Assembly (NCBI GenBank): GCA_043228905.1
Contig: JBHGNT010000001.1
Location: 27,280,001-27,344,000 of the forward strand
DNA length: 64,000 nt
Direction of reading: 5' to 3'
DNA from: Azolla caroliniana
Lineage: Eukaryota; Plantae; Polypodiophyta
Shown one piece after another: positions 1 to 12,600 of the stretch. A program made the translations under genes and the position numbers. Every line of letters begins with the position of its first letter. Position 1 is the first letter of the stretch. The notes under the pieces were generated by a model, which was not told the origin of the DNA, did not search any database, and saw nothing but the letters and a program-made list of their open reading frames with translations.

Positions 1-1539
1 GCTAAACAATGTGTCACAAAAAGTTCAAAGCATGGCGAAAAACACACATTGGTATACATGTGTGAAAGTCATAATATTGAGAGGTCCCAAGCTCAATCCT
101 CCATGGAGTAATATGTCATGAAATTCAGAGAATGGTACAACGTAAATGTATCATAGTCATAAATTTGAGAGAAACCAAGTCCTTATCCATAAATAAATCA
201 CAATTGGTGTCTCCCTTAGTAGTTAAAAATATATCTATTTATAGAATAACCACTCTTTCTATGGTTCATAAGTCACCAATTTTGGAACAAGGTTCATTAG
301 AATTGGCATGGCATATAATGATCGCCAAAGGTGATAATATCTAGGAGGTATAAGAAACTTGATTCACACTTGATAATGATCTCAATGCATGTCGAGAGGA
401 TACACACTCAAGTGCTTTTTGTTGGTTAATTGGTTTCTTTGTCTAAGGTTGCAACTTGCCAAGCTTGGAGTATCATAGAGGTTATGAAGAATCTTGTGAT
501 GAGTGGACATTGAGTGTGATATCTACGGTATCCACTTCATTCAATGCAAAGGCATCTCTCATTCATTGAATCAATGGCAAAGTTGAACACATGCAATGAG
601 TGTATTTACACATAAGTTGTGTGGTTGAGCTTGTTATCATGACATGCCCCTTTGAAGTTTGATCATGTCTTAAAAACCTAGAGAATGATGGAAACAATCC
701 CTTATTCGAGAGTTCATGTTTCCATATGCACGTTCACTATTGTTTTGGTTTTGGTTTACTGTTAGAGCTTTATCCTAATGTAAGCAAAAGATAAGGAAAT
801 ATAAGATAGGAAAATAGAGAAGACCAACAAAGAAGGGTGGCGATCCAACCAATCACCCCCCAACGAAGGGATTGAGATAAACTTGAGCCTTGATCGGCGT
901 CCCATACCTACATATTGGCATCGAGTTGTACTTGGTGCGCACTTGCTACAAGAGTTGATCACCACAAGATCTGAGTCTCAACATAGTCGATAATGTATCA
1001 AATGAGAGTAGTTAGGCCTTATATTTATAGCCATATCTAAGGCCCCTAGGCAAGTTCGCACTTTGCCTTAATGGGTTGTCTCAATCCCTAGGATTAAAAG
1101 TAATCCTCCCTTCTTTACACTCTCGATTAACCCTCACAAGTTGTCCTTGTGTGTAGAATACTATGAACTTACCACGGGATATTATATGGTCATGCCCGTA
1201 ACATTTACCAAGTTCACATCTTGCAATATTCTTTGTGAAAATTACAATGAGATCATTCTGAGGTATTGATTCAACTCGAACCCTATTTTTTAGCAATTGC
1301 AAGGGTAGTTGTCAATGACGCTCAAGCTATGAACGTTTACATCAACTAGTAAAGAAAACTTGAATCGTTCTCTCTTAATCATAAACTCACACAATTAATG
1401 CTTGTCAAAACATTTTTAAAAAAAAGTCAAGATTCACCTTGGTATTAATGAAAAGATGCCCAAAGGCTAAAAAAGAACCCATACAATAAAATATAACCCT
1501 CCTACCCACATCAACCAACATGTCTAGTAGTGGAAGCGG

Positions 1540-1990
1540 TCATGCAGGGTCCTTCCAAGGTGGGGGGCGGAAAAAGCCATCTTGGTTGCTCTCCCCAAAA
1601 AAGGTGAAGACCTCTGCCTTTTTCCAAATTTCTCGAAAATGTTGTTGCTTATGAAACACAACATCAAGCTCACCAAGTATTGCATCATATTGACCTCTTA
1701 GAGTATGGAGGAGCATGAACCATATCTCCTTGACTAACTCAACCTCATTCAACATAACTTTTTGAAATACACATTTACATCTTGCCTTCCATAATACCCT
1801 AACTACTAAAGATGATATCATAAACCAAACCTTGTCCTCTTCCAAACAATGGATTGGTGTAGTATAAGAGACCTCCGATACATATATTCCATCGAAGAGA
1901 AGGAGAAATCACCAACATTTTAAATGACTTAAAACAACAATAATACTTGAAATAATAATAAAGTAAGAAATCACCAAAATATCTCAACTT
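1540..1990 (-). mobile_element. Degenerate non-LTR retrotransposon (LINE) ORF2 C-terminal fragment
   Basis: ORF 1540-1845 (VLWKARCKCVFQ...VKEIW...LRGQYD...F...W) resembles the post-RT C-terminus of plant LINE ORF2 and is clearly paralogous to ORF 23879-24226. Confidence 0.55.
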
Positions 1991-2837
1991 TGATTAATCC
2001 ATATCCATTAGTAGTAGAAGACTTAATGCTTAAGGGTTTGAAGAGATTGAGTGAGTGCAGGATTGCTCCTAGCCCACATCTCTCTTGGTTGTTTTCTTAA
2101 TTATTTCTTGAGCTCACACAGAGATAATCATATTAGGGGTGTTCATGTCAGTTTCTACTCTATTATCAAGGATGTGAGAAGGGACAAATGACAACTGTTT
2201 GGTCACCACAAACAAAATGCTAACCACTTGATGAACTTCATCCTTTCACAGTTGGGGTTTAATAATTTATAGATACTACCTTTATACTCTGGTATTACAA
2301 TGTTGTTCTCTCTCTCTCTCTCTCTCTCTACACTTCTAGAATGAGTCTTTGAGTGTATCCTCTTGCATTAGAGGTGACACAAAGTGAATTGCCATTGGAC
2401 CATAACTATCCCCTCAATCGTGTTTGCTACAATAAAGTGAAAGTGAAAGTTCTTGTGCATGAAGGCAATCGTAGCTTGAACCTAATGTCACCCCAACAAC
2501 TCTACAACGGTTGAATCCATAACAGGCGACAAGTGTGGCGTGTCGATAATATAAACACTTCAGGAATAAAGAAAGTCATACAAGGGGGCAAGTGACCGAA
2601 TATGTCACTCGATCAAGAGAAGAATCAAGTTGTTTGGTTTAGGTACAACGAAAACATGGCCCAAAATACATATACCATACCTTCATGACGAGGGTGAGAA
2701 CCACCTCTGAGCGAGAAAGGGTTAAAGAGGAGGCTTACGAATCTCAATCGGCATACGACAATGAAACCGTCATATCTTCATGAACTATCCATGAGCATAT
2801 CGTGAGACCGATGGAGACAACAAACGTACACACACTT

Positions 2838-2878
2838 ACACATACATACATACATACATACATACATAAATACATACA

Positions 2879-2908
<30 letters not shown>
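2838..2908. repeat. (ACAT)n microsatellite
   Basis: Tandem tetranucleotide repeat seen directly; it generates the spurious HTYI/MYVC ORFs. Confidence 0.95.
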
Positions 2909-2909
<1 letters not shown>

Positions 2910-3181
2910 GTCACATGTGCGTATCTATATACACACACTTGCATACATGCAAAGCTTAATACTTTACATGTTGTGTTCAAAACTGCTAATTACCTTAGGG
3001 GGAATCAGAAAATGCACAATCCCTGTTGTTGCAGGCTCAATGGTGATTCGAAGACAGGCTCCCTGCTGGCGAGTAAAGCACTGCCTTTTGAAGACCGGAA
3101 GACACGCAGCTTCCGTGTGGACATGGAGGAGACGCCTAATTGCACTCTGGAAACCACCTGACAGAAGTTTATGATTCCGGC

Positions 3182-6100
3182 ATGGTGGGACGAGTGATCA
3201 TTATGGATCTCTTGTGGAAGGATTACTTCAAGGATCCTTCTCTGTGGCGCTATATTTATAGACAGGTAAGTATGAGCTCGTGGTTATGTGTGCGAGAGAG
3301 ATGATGATATTTTGGCATCCTCAGAAAGGCAGAGATAAATGCATGGATTTTAATATCTTCCCTTGGAGTTCAAATATGATCTATGGGACCAAAAGTGAAA
3401 CATTTTCATGTAGCATGTGAAGTTACGTGTATCAAAACGAATGCCAAATTAACATATTCAAAAGGCTAAATTGACTAATGAAAGATCTAATATATGCCCA
3501 ATACTAAATTTTTTTAAGGAAAGACATTGTACCTAGGGAGAGAGAGGATGATGCTGTATTATTATCCTATGGTGACTCATCTGCACATTGTTTGTGGAGA
3601 TACTGTCCTATGGAAGAAGTCTGTGGTATCTGATTCCCTTTGTGTCTCGTGTGGTAACCAAAGTGGACCAGGTCAGCCTTTTCCGTCATCTATTGAAGGG
3701 CAATGTACACCGGTAAGAATTTTGCATATGTCTAGTGTTTGTAGGCTGGGCAGCTGCACTGGAAGTGTTAAGGTTTTGCTACGTCAAAGACAACATCATG
3801 ACTAGTTGATTCTCTATTTATATCCATATGTGAATGGGGAGGCTTGGAGCACACATGATTGCATATGTCGAATAACCATGGTATGAGGTACCTGGAAGAA
3901 TGCTTGTTGGCATTGTTGTCCTAACTTTGCTAGAGTTGTAGATTCTTGAGTGGGTCAATCTTTGGCATCTTGGATCATAGAGAAGTGCCTAATGGTGCTT
4001 GTAAATGTGACTTAAGGGAAGCTTTAATCCACTTCTTCAACTTGGCCTCCTTCTAGAGTGACAACAACTTGTGGGCGAGTTGGTGCAGATGTGTGAAAGA
4101 TCATGGCCTTATATTTCATGGGTTCACTGTGAGATGTTGTTTTTGGGAAAAACCATCCAGAGTATTAAGATATTCAGAGACCAAGATTTTACTATCAAGG
4201 TAAAGAAAAATGTAATTAGGTTACTTTGGTTCACGCTAATGGTGCTTGTTATGACTCTTGATAACCTCCTTCGACATCAAGCTCTTCCCAACACTTGCTC
4301 ATATAATGCACATACTCACTGATATCATATCAGGGGGATTTCAAGTGCGTGGAGTTTCTGATGAAAACATTCCCTGGATACAAGGAAATCTTGTAGAAAA
4401 TCCTCACAGAAGCCAGATTCTCTTTTCTTTTGTACCTTTACTTGGTCCACCAAGCAACTTAACGTAAAGATGTGGCCAATGGTAAAGAAGGCTTGTTTGA
4501 ATCCTACTTATCCTAAGGATCATATCTCTTCTACCTTGGGATAAGTTCTCAGTTCCACTTCAAGCACACGCTATAGATTTTGGCAAGTGAATGGCCAATG
4601 ATGATGGCTCGATAGTTCCCAGGTTTGATTGAATCTCCTGATTTATGGATAAGCAGCGTTGTTTGCATGGTCCATGCGTTGTGAAGGCTCTCTACCAAGA
4701 GTCTATTGAATATGTGTGCAAGTAGTAGCAAGTGTCCTTGCCACATTTGAGGTGTTCAGCTTCTAGTCCTCTATATTCAGACACTCATACATGCTGAAGG
4801 TTCCCGTTGTATCAGATGAAGGTGTGGCTCTGAGGGTTGTGTTGCAGGGATTGGTGATGGACATAATACTGGCTCTTCATGTAGAAATGTGATAATTGTG
4901 GTTTCTAGATCAGGATCAGATTTCTCTGATATACTGTCAAACAGTGGTGAATTTTTTGCTCATGAATATATAAATCCCAATACTGTGCTTCCTCATAGGC
5001 ATCCTTTTTTGTCATATGATGGCACCATTTTCTTGCAGGTTGTGTATAATCACTTGGGTTGCTATAAATGCATTAATATTTTTCTTTGTTTTTACTATTT
5101 GGTTAGTTTTACTTCTCATATGCAAACAATAGGATATTACGAGGAAGTAGTGCAAATCTTTAAGAATTTAGTAGGAAAACTATATATTCCACCATATTGT
5201 GTTCATTTTATAAAATATTTTGGATTGGCAATTGTAAAATCCCCATCGGCATTTCATGAACAAGGGAACCTTTCTCCCAGTCCTGAGCACAGTTTTACAG
5301 TAGAACCAGCAATAGATCCATTTCCATTGGTTGATTATATAGATGTCTTTTGGATGTGTTTGGTTCATTTTCCGCATGATAACAAGAATATGATTTCTGT
5401 TGTGTTCCTACAGAAAAACTCTACATTGCCAGATATTAAACACATAAATAATCATGAGTCTTTGTGGATTGATTTATGTTACAATCCATGTTGGGTATAT
5501 GAAGAGCTGAGGAGGAGACCAATTATTTTCTCAACATATGAAGAGCTAATGATGGAGAAACCTTGCAAAAAAATTAACAATATGAACAAAGAGGAGGATT
5601 TTGCATTTATTACCTTACTGAAGGCTTGCGCCAAGAAGAAGGATCTTGATAAAGGCAGTAGACTACATGCTGATATTCAGGGAAGAGGCTTACTTGAAAA
5701 GAGTCCTTTTCTGGCTAGCAGTTTGATAAGTATGTATGCCAAATGTGGGGTTTTTTCTAAAGCACAGGAAGTGCTAGAGCAACTTACCGTCCGCAATGTA
5801 GTTTCTTGGTCTGCCCTTATTGCAGGGTATGTCCAACATGGACAAGGTCACAAAGCATTGAATTGTTTTGCACAGATGGAAAGTGAGGGTCTCTCTCCAG
5901 ATTGTGTCACTTTTGCTTGCATTTTGAAGGCTTGTGGCAGTATTGGATCTATTGAAAAAGGAAAAGAGATTCATGACAAGATTGTAAGTAATGGCTTGCT
6001 GAAGAAGGATGTCATTCTTGGTAATGCTTTGGTTGATATGTATGTCAAATGTGGTGTGCTTGTAAAAGCACGACAAGTGCTTAAAGAGCTTCCTATTCGG

Positions 6101-8152
6101 GATGTGGTTTCATGGTCGACATTGATTTCAGGATTTGCTGATGAGGGGCAATTCCATGAAGCATTAGACTGCTTGGAATGGATGCAAGATGATGGTCTCT
6201 CTCCAAATGTAGTAACTCTCACTAGCATTTTAAAGGCATGTGGAAGCATAGAAGCTATGGAAAAGGGCAAAGAGATTCATTGTGAAGTAGTTCGTAGGGG
6301 GCTTCTACAGAAGGACATGGTTCTTGGTAATGCATTAATTGATATGTATGCTAAATGTGGATTTCTTGCTAAAGCAAAGCAAGTGTTAAACGAGCTTCCT
6401 GTACGTGGAGTAGTGTCATGGTCTGCTTTACTTGCAGGATATGCTCAATGGGGGCAATGTGATGAAGCATTGAACTGTTTCAAACAGATGCAAAGGGAAG
6501 GACTTTCCCCAAATGGAATAACCTTTGTCAGCATCTTGAAAGCTTGCGGGATGACAGGAGCTATAGAAGAGGGTATACAAATTCATCAAGAAATCTTGAA
6601 TAGGGGTTTATTGGAGAAGGATTCGATGCTTGGCAATGTGTTGGTGGATATGTATGCCAAATGTGGTATGCTTGCAAAGGCACAAGAAGTTCTTGAGGAG
6701 CTTCCTGTTCAAAATGTGGCTGCTTGGAATGCATTAATTACAGGGTACACCCAGCAGAGACAATGCAATAAAGCATTGAGCTGTTATGAACGGATGCAAA
6801 GAGAAGGTCTCTCTCCAGATGTAGTCACATATATTTGCATTGTCAATGCTTGTGGCAGCATAGGAGCTATAGACAAAGGTGAACAAATTCACAAGGACAT
6901 TGTTAACAGAGGCTTACAAGAGGATGATATTGTTCTTGGCACTGCTTTAGTGGATATGTATGCTAAATGTGGAGTGCTTGCAAAAGCAGAAAAAGTGTTT
7001 AATAAACTTCCTTCCCGAAATGTCGTGACTTGGTCTGCTCTAATCACTGGGTATACCCAACAAGGGCAAGGTTATATGGCATTGAATTGTTTTGAACAGA
7101 TGAGGAGAGAGGGTCTTTCTCCAGATATGGTAACCTTCATTTGTCTATTGAAATCATGTGGTAGCATTGGGACTATAGATGAGGGCAAAATAATCCATGA
7201 TGAGATCTTGAATCAGGGTTTACTCCAGAAAGACATTGTGCTTGGCAATGCCTTAGTGGATATGTATATAAAATGTGGTGCACTTGCAAAAGCACATGAA
7301 GTAATGGAAGAGCTTCCTGTCCGAGATGTAGTATCATGGTCTGCTCTAATAGCAGGACACACCCAACATGGGCAGTGTGATGAGGCAATTAATTGTTTTG
7401 AGCGGATGCAAGGTGAGGGCCTCTCCCCTAATTCTGTTACCTTCATTTGTGTATTGAAAGCTTGTGGTAACACAGGATATGTGGAAAAGGGAGAGCAAAT
7501 TCACGAAGAGGTCCTTAAGAGGGGCTTGCTAAAGCATGATTGTGTGCTTGGAACTGCTTTGGTGGATATGTATGCCAAGTGTGGTGTGCTTGCGAAATCG
7601 CAAGAAGTGCTCGAAGAGCTTCCTATACGAGACATTATCTCTTGGAATGCCTTAATAACAGGGTATGCTCAACAAGGACAAGTTCAAGAAGCATTGAACA
7701 ATTTTGAACATATGCAAAGTGAGGGTCTGTCTCCAGATCACATCACTTTCCTATCTCTTCTAAGTGCATGTAACCACTTGGGTCTCTTAGATGAGGCCCA
7801 AATGCTTTTTAAAAATATGTCCGGAAAGTTCAGAATTACTTTGAATTTTGAGCATCAAACTTGCATGGTAATGGTATTAGGGTGTGCAGGGCATTTTGAG
7901 AGTGCAATATCTTTGATCAAAGTTATGCCGTGCGACTATACTTCCGGTTGGCTTGCATTATTAGCTGCTTGTAGAAAATGGGGTCATGTAAAGCTCGGGA
8001 GAGTTGCTTTTGAGCAGGCGGTACAGCTGGATAGTCATTGTGCTGCAGCTTATGCTCTAATGGCTAGCATTTTCGTAGCTGCTGGCATGAAGGAAGAGGC
8101 ACAAAAAGTTAAATCCATTGAAGCTGAAATATGCCGTTTAAGCCTGGTGTGA
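3182..8152 (+). CDS. PLS-class PPR protein (about 7 L-S-P triplets + L2-S2-E1-E2, no DYW) with an N-terminal OSB-type PDF-like motif. Proposed exons 3182-3265 and 5414-8152 (~940 aa)
   Basis: ~102-aa PLS triplets (TF..ILKACG / LGNALVDMYAKCG / VVSWSALIAGY) and an E domain (WLALLAACRKWGHVKLGRVAFEQ...AAYALMASIF). Donor CAG|GTAAGT at 3265/3266 and acceptor TTCCTACAG| at 5413/5414 are both phase 0. The first 175 aa of the computed ORF 4889-8152 are probably intron read-through. PPR identity is certain; the exon 1 assignment is inferred. Confidence 0.85.
4500..4790 (-). mobile_element. LINE reverse transcriptase fragment inside the PPR intron
   Basis: ORF 4549-4746 has LIHKSGDSIKPGNYRAIIIGHSLAKIY, the typical N-terminal RT motif of non-LTR elements. 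Confidence 0.7.
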
Positions 8153-9294
8153 CAAAGCATGTAATGAATCATTAAAAATGCTTGGGTTGATGATGTGGTG
8201 GCATTTGCTTGCAAAAAAGGTAAGAAAACGGCAGGGTAATGATGTGGCAGCATAAAAATCCTTGGAAAGAAGTAAGAAATATGGGCATGGTGAGGATATG
8301 ATTGCTTGCACAAAAGTAGGAAGGGGAAATGGACGAAATCATTCAAATAGCGCCAACCAATCTTACTTAGACCGTCATGAGCTATCCATGCAAGCATCCA
8401 TACTTTTGAATATTGTATTTTGTGATTCTATGAAACTTTGAGAGAAAGTTGTTGTCTTTGTAAGCTGGATCTTGAAGTTTTGCAAGTGGTTTGCAACCTA
8501 TATATGCCACTGACGATAGGATTGCTTGCACAGAAGTAGGATGGGGAAAATGGTCATAATCATTTGCAGGTGGACACATTGAAATAGTGCCACCCAATCA
8601 TATGTAGACCATTTTGAGCTATCGACACGAGTATGTTACTTTTCTACAAAACTTTGAGAGAGTTTTTGTCTTTGTAAACTGATCATGAAGGTGTCCATTT
8701 GACTTGTGATCATGCCCTATATATGCCATAAGTTGGGATTTCCATTATTGTCTCTATGCCTAGCTACTTGAGGGGAGAACATTTGCTAGAGTCAGAAAAT
8801 ATTAAATCATTGAAGCTAAAATACGATAGCCAGCTACCTAAGCCACATGCCATGAGTTCAATTCCCATCTCATCGCCAATTGCAAAAACGGAAACAAAGC
8901 TACAAAAATAGGGTGTGAGGAATCTATCCACCAGTGAGTATTTGTTATATATTTATGTTCCAGTATTCTAATGTAGAAGAGCTTTGTTTGATATGACACA
9001 CTCACACACACACACACACACATGATCAAATCTTCAAATATACCATCATCTCCCTTTCTCTAGGGTAATACCTAATGATCCATTAATGGATGCCCACAAA
9101 TTATACTATTTATTCTCATATATCAAACGTAAAAAACTTGAAGTGTTATTATGTAATTGTTAAGTACTATAGTTACTACAATCAAGGTCACATTCATTTG
9201 TCAATGCCTCATCTATTAGCACCAACAAAGTCTCTACAAATGAAGCTCAATGAATTAAAGAGTTGTGATACCTTCAAGTTAATGCAACACCTTC

Positions 9295-9610
9295 GTTGTT
9301 TATGGGATGATGTGCAATATGATATATTTTAGCACTTACAACACTTGCCTTCCTATAGAGGTAAGTACCGAAGGTAAGTAAAAGTGACACAATCCTCCAA
9401 TTCTTTGTAGTATGTGAATATCTTAAGCATAATGTGAAAGCATTGCCTTATAGAGTTGTTTATGGGATGATGTGCAATATGATATATTTTAGCACTTACA
9501 ATAGTTGTCTTCCTATAGAGGTAAGTACCGAAGATAAGTAAAAGTGACACAATCCTCCAATTCTTTGTAGTATGTGAATATCTTAAGCATAAGGTGAAAG
9601 TATTGTTCAT
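9295..9610. repeat. ~160-bp tandem duplication (2 copies)
   Basis: GTTGTTTATGGGATGATGTGCAATATG... starts at both 9295 and 9455 with few differences. Confidence 0.9.
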
Positions 9611-12600
9611 ATGCTTATAAGATTACTCTATAGAAATATATAAACAAGATAAATTGAAGTGGCATAACCTTATGATGGTATCCAACGTTTGCCATATTAA
9701 TGATAATTGTTCTACTTTCCAGCCATATTAGCGATAAAGTGTCTCACAACGATTTTTATGTTTCGCTCTTGATTATTTTAATATGAGATCATGCACGCTA
9801 ATAATTTGCTACAAAACAATGAGATTCAACCACTCTAAATTATACAAGGGTGGGGATCATTGTTGTAAATCACAGGATTGTACATTGTGAAGTATACCTT
9901 CGACTCATATTTTATGAACCAGCTATTTATATAGATTAGGAAAACAGAGAAAGTTGCTCCCTGCTTTGCTGCTCCTTGTCAATCCTTGCTCGTTGCTCCC
10001 TGTCGCTTCTGACTGATTGTACAACATCTCCTGCCCTCCACTACACCACTCTGAAGTACGTATCTTGTCTGTTTTTCTTTCTCTGTTTATGAATTCTCTC
10101 TATTTTGTCTCTTTTTCTATATGTTTTTCTCTTTTTTTGAATCTGTTCTCCGTTCTTTCTTTTTCTCTGGTTTTCTATCTGTTGTACGTATGGCAAAAAA
10201 ATAAATGAGAATGTGGTTTTTTTTAAGAACAAAAGAAACACATTGAAATTCAATAGCATTGCTAAAGGTACACACGAATATACTTTCAAGGCAAGGGGTG
10301 TTCCCAATAAAGGGCCATCATTAAAGTTGAGATTGAACCTTATAAAGTCACAAAATAAAACTCTTGGCATGTGGGTAATCACATCATGCAGAAAACGGGC
10401 ATTGGCACAATGCATAAAAGATTTTCAAGAAGGTGATTGCTTAATGGGAAGTATTTATGGGAACATTGACAGAGTCAATCTACAAGTATGCTAAGTCAAA
10501 CATCTAAATATCGACTAGGATTACATAAGATATTTCAGAAGCTAAAGTCCCACCTTTGAAATCAAAGTTGGGGTTTTGGATTATATGTATAGCCACAAGT
10601 TGATGAAACAAGAATTTGCATTAGTAGGTGGACAAATGTATTGTTCTTTGACAATTAATATTATGTCAAATTGAGGGCATGAACCCTTAATCTTTGTTTT
10701 AATTTGCACTTTTTTGTATTGAAATATCCAAAATTTTCTGCTAATGCATTGCTCAACGAGAGTATGGTTATAATAGCTTGCCTTGAGCTTAATATATATG
10801 TGCATGAAATCTAGTATACAATGAACAAATGTTCGGCAAGGGTATTGTCCACCAAGATAAAGGTCAAATTTGTTTGTAGGTTGTGCGTAGTTATTGATTG
10901 AGTAGATTTCCTACTAGACATGATTTGACATCCTTTAAGAAAGTACCATGTGAAATAGTGAAGTAATTCAAAAAGTGGATAGTTCATTTTTACCAGGTAC
11001 CCAAACTAGCACCCCTATATATTAAAATTTATGAAATTAACAAAAAAAAAGGATACATTATTAGAAGAGAAAGACATAAATATACTCTAGTACCTGCACA
11101 CAAGAAGTTGGATGTTGTTTCTCCTTCTTACACTCGATGTCGAGTAATACTGTTGAAATCTTTTGGGGCTCATTCACATGAGCCATATTTTCATCCAGCA
11201 CCAAATTTCCATCATCTTTTTTAGTGAATTGTTTCCTCCAATGGATAGATCTCATTCTTAAGCCCACCATTGACTAACATTAGAGCCTCCATCACAATTG
11301 GCACCACATTAGTTATGTCCTCATTTTCTCTTGGTTTCTCATGTGTACACATTGATTTTTGAGTACCAATACTACTATCTTTTTTCTGACAGATGATCGT
11401 CAAAGCTTATGTTAAGTGCATCAAAATAAAGTTCATTAACCTCCTTGACATTTTCCCGACCATGAAAAGTTTGTACCGTGCTAATTTGGCCCAAAGGGGA
11501 TTTACAAGATAAATGTTCCTTCGGGACCTTATCTTGATATTCATCACATAAATATTGTAACTAACCTAGACAAACCAGGTGAACACCCCATGTAATCTAA
11601 TAACTTAATCCCTCTTGATGAGACATTATTGGGCTTGGCCAATGGGAACAATTGGTCAAAGGTATTCATGGATGTGGAATCATCGCAAAGTATTTGCATT
11701 GGAGAAGAGGGTTGAATCTTCGTGGTGCTTTTTAGTGGGTGAACATGAAGTTGTGAAGATGTAAGGGAACTAGGTGTGGAAAGAGATTGCTCTTCTTCAT
11801 CATCGTCAAGGGGCTAGTACGATAAACAAATTAGACGAATCTGACATACTGTTTACTTACTACAACATAACCAGATGAATCAACAAATTTGAGATGAGAA
11901 TCAACATGTGTTTCAAACACATGTAGTGGAGGATAGGCTGAAAATGGGTGGGAATTATGTACAACAAATTATCGTAGCACAAAAAAAGCAGAAAAAAATG
12001 ATGAGAATAGACAAGAATAAATCACAAGGGGGCATGTATATTGCATTATTACCTTGCATTTGTATTGTCATCTTGTTTTAATATATACACTGCTTTTTTT
12101 TCTCTTGATCTTTTCCTTCAATATTGTTTGCAATATATTTGTTCCCTCAATTTCTTTTACATTTACATACATGGATTTGCATGTGCGGGTAAACTAATGT
12201 GAGCTTTCCTCTTTCTTCTTTATTTTTTGATAGATTTGATACATGGATTTGATCTAATATGTTGCTTATACGAGTTTACGAAGTTTTGAAAAGTGAATTT
12301 TGTTTAAAAAGTTAGTAAACGTTTTTTGAAATATATATATATATTTTGGATCCAAAATTTTGCAATTGATTTGATTTGGTATGCGCTAATTTTTTTTTCA
12401 ACGTGTTCCGGTTGACATTATCGCTTGTAGGAAAGTGGCTGGTTAAGATCATAAGCAGCAGGAAAATTCCCGGTAGGGGCTAGAGACTTTGCCTGGGCTA
12501 CAGACTTTGCCCAACACTGCTCACATGTGATAGATAGTATAATGTTTATAACTCTATTCAAGTTGTATCTTCTAACTTTCTAAGTCAATATCTCCTCATG

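Noticed and set aside
2744-2980. ORFs with MYVC/HTYI repeats
   Set aside because: Translations of the (ACAT)n microsatellite.
3586-3712. Possible extra exon in the PPR intron (open frame ending at CG|GTAAG)
   Set aside because: No convincing acceptor, and inclusion would break the PDF motif continuity.
4889-5413. N-terminal 175 aa of the computed 1087-aa PPR ORF
   Set aside because: GTG start, T-rich intron-like composition and a strong acceptor at 5413; most likely intron read-through.
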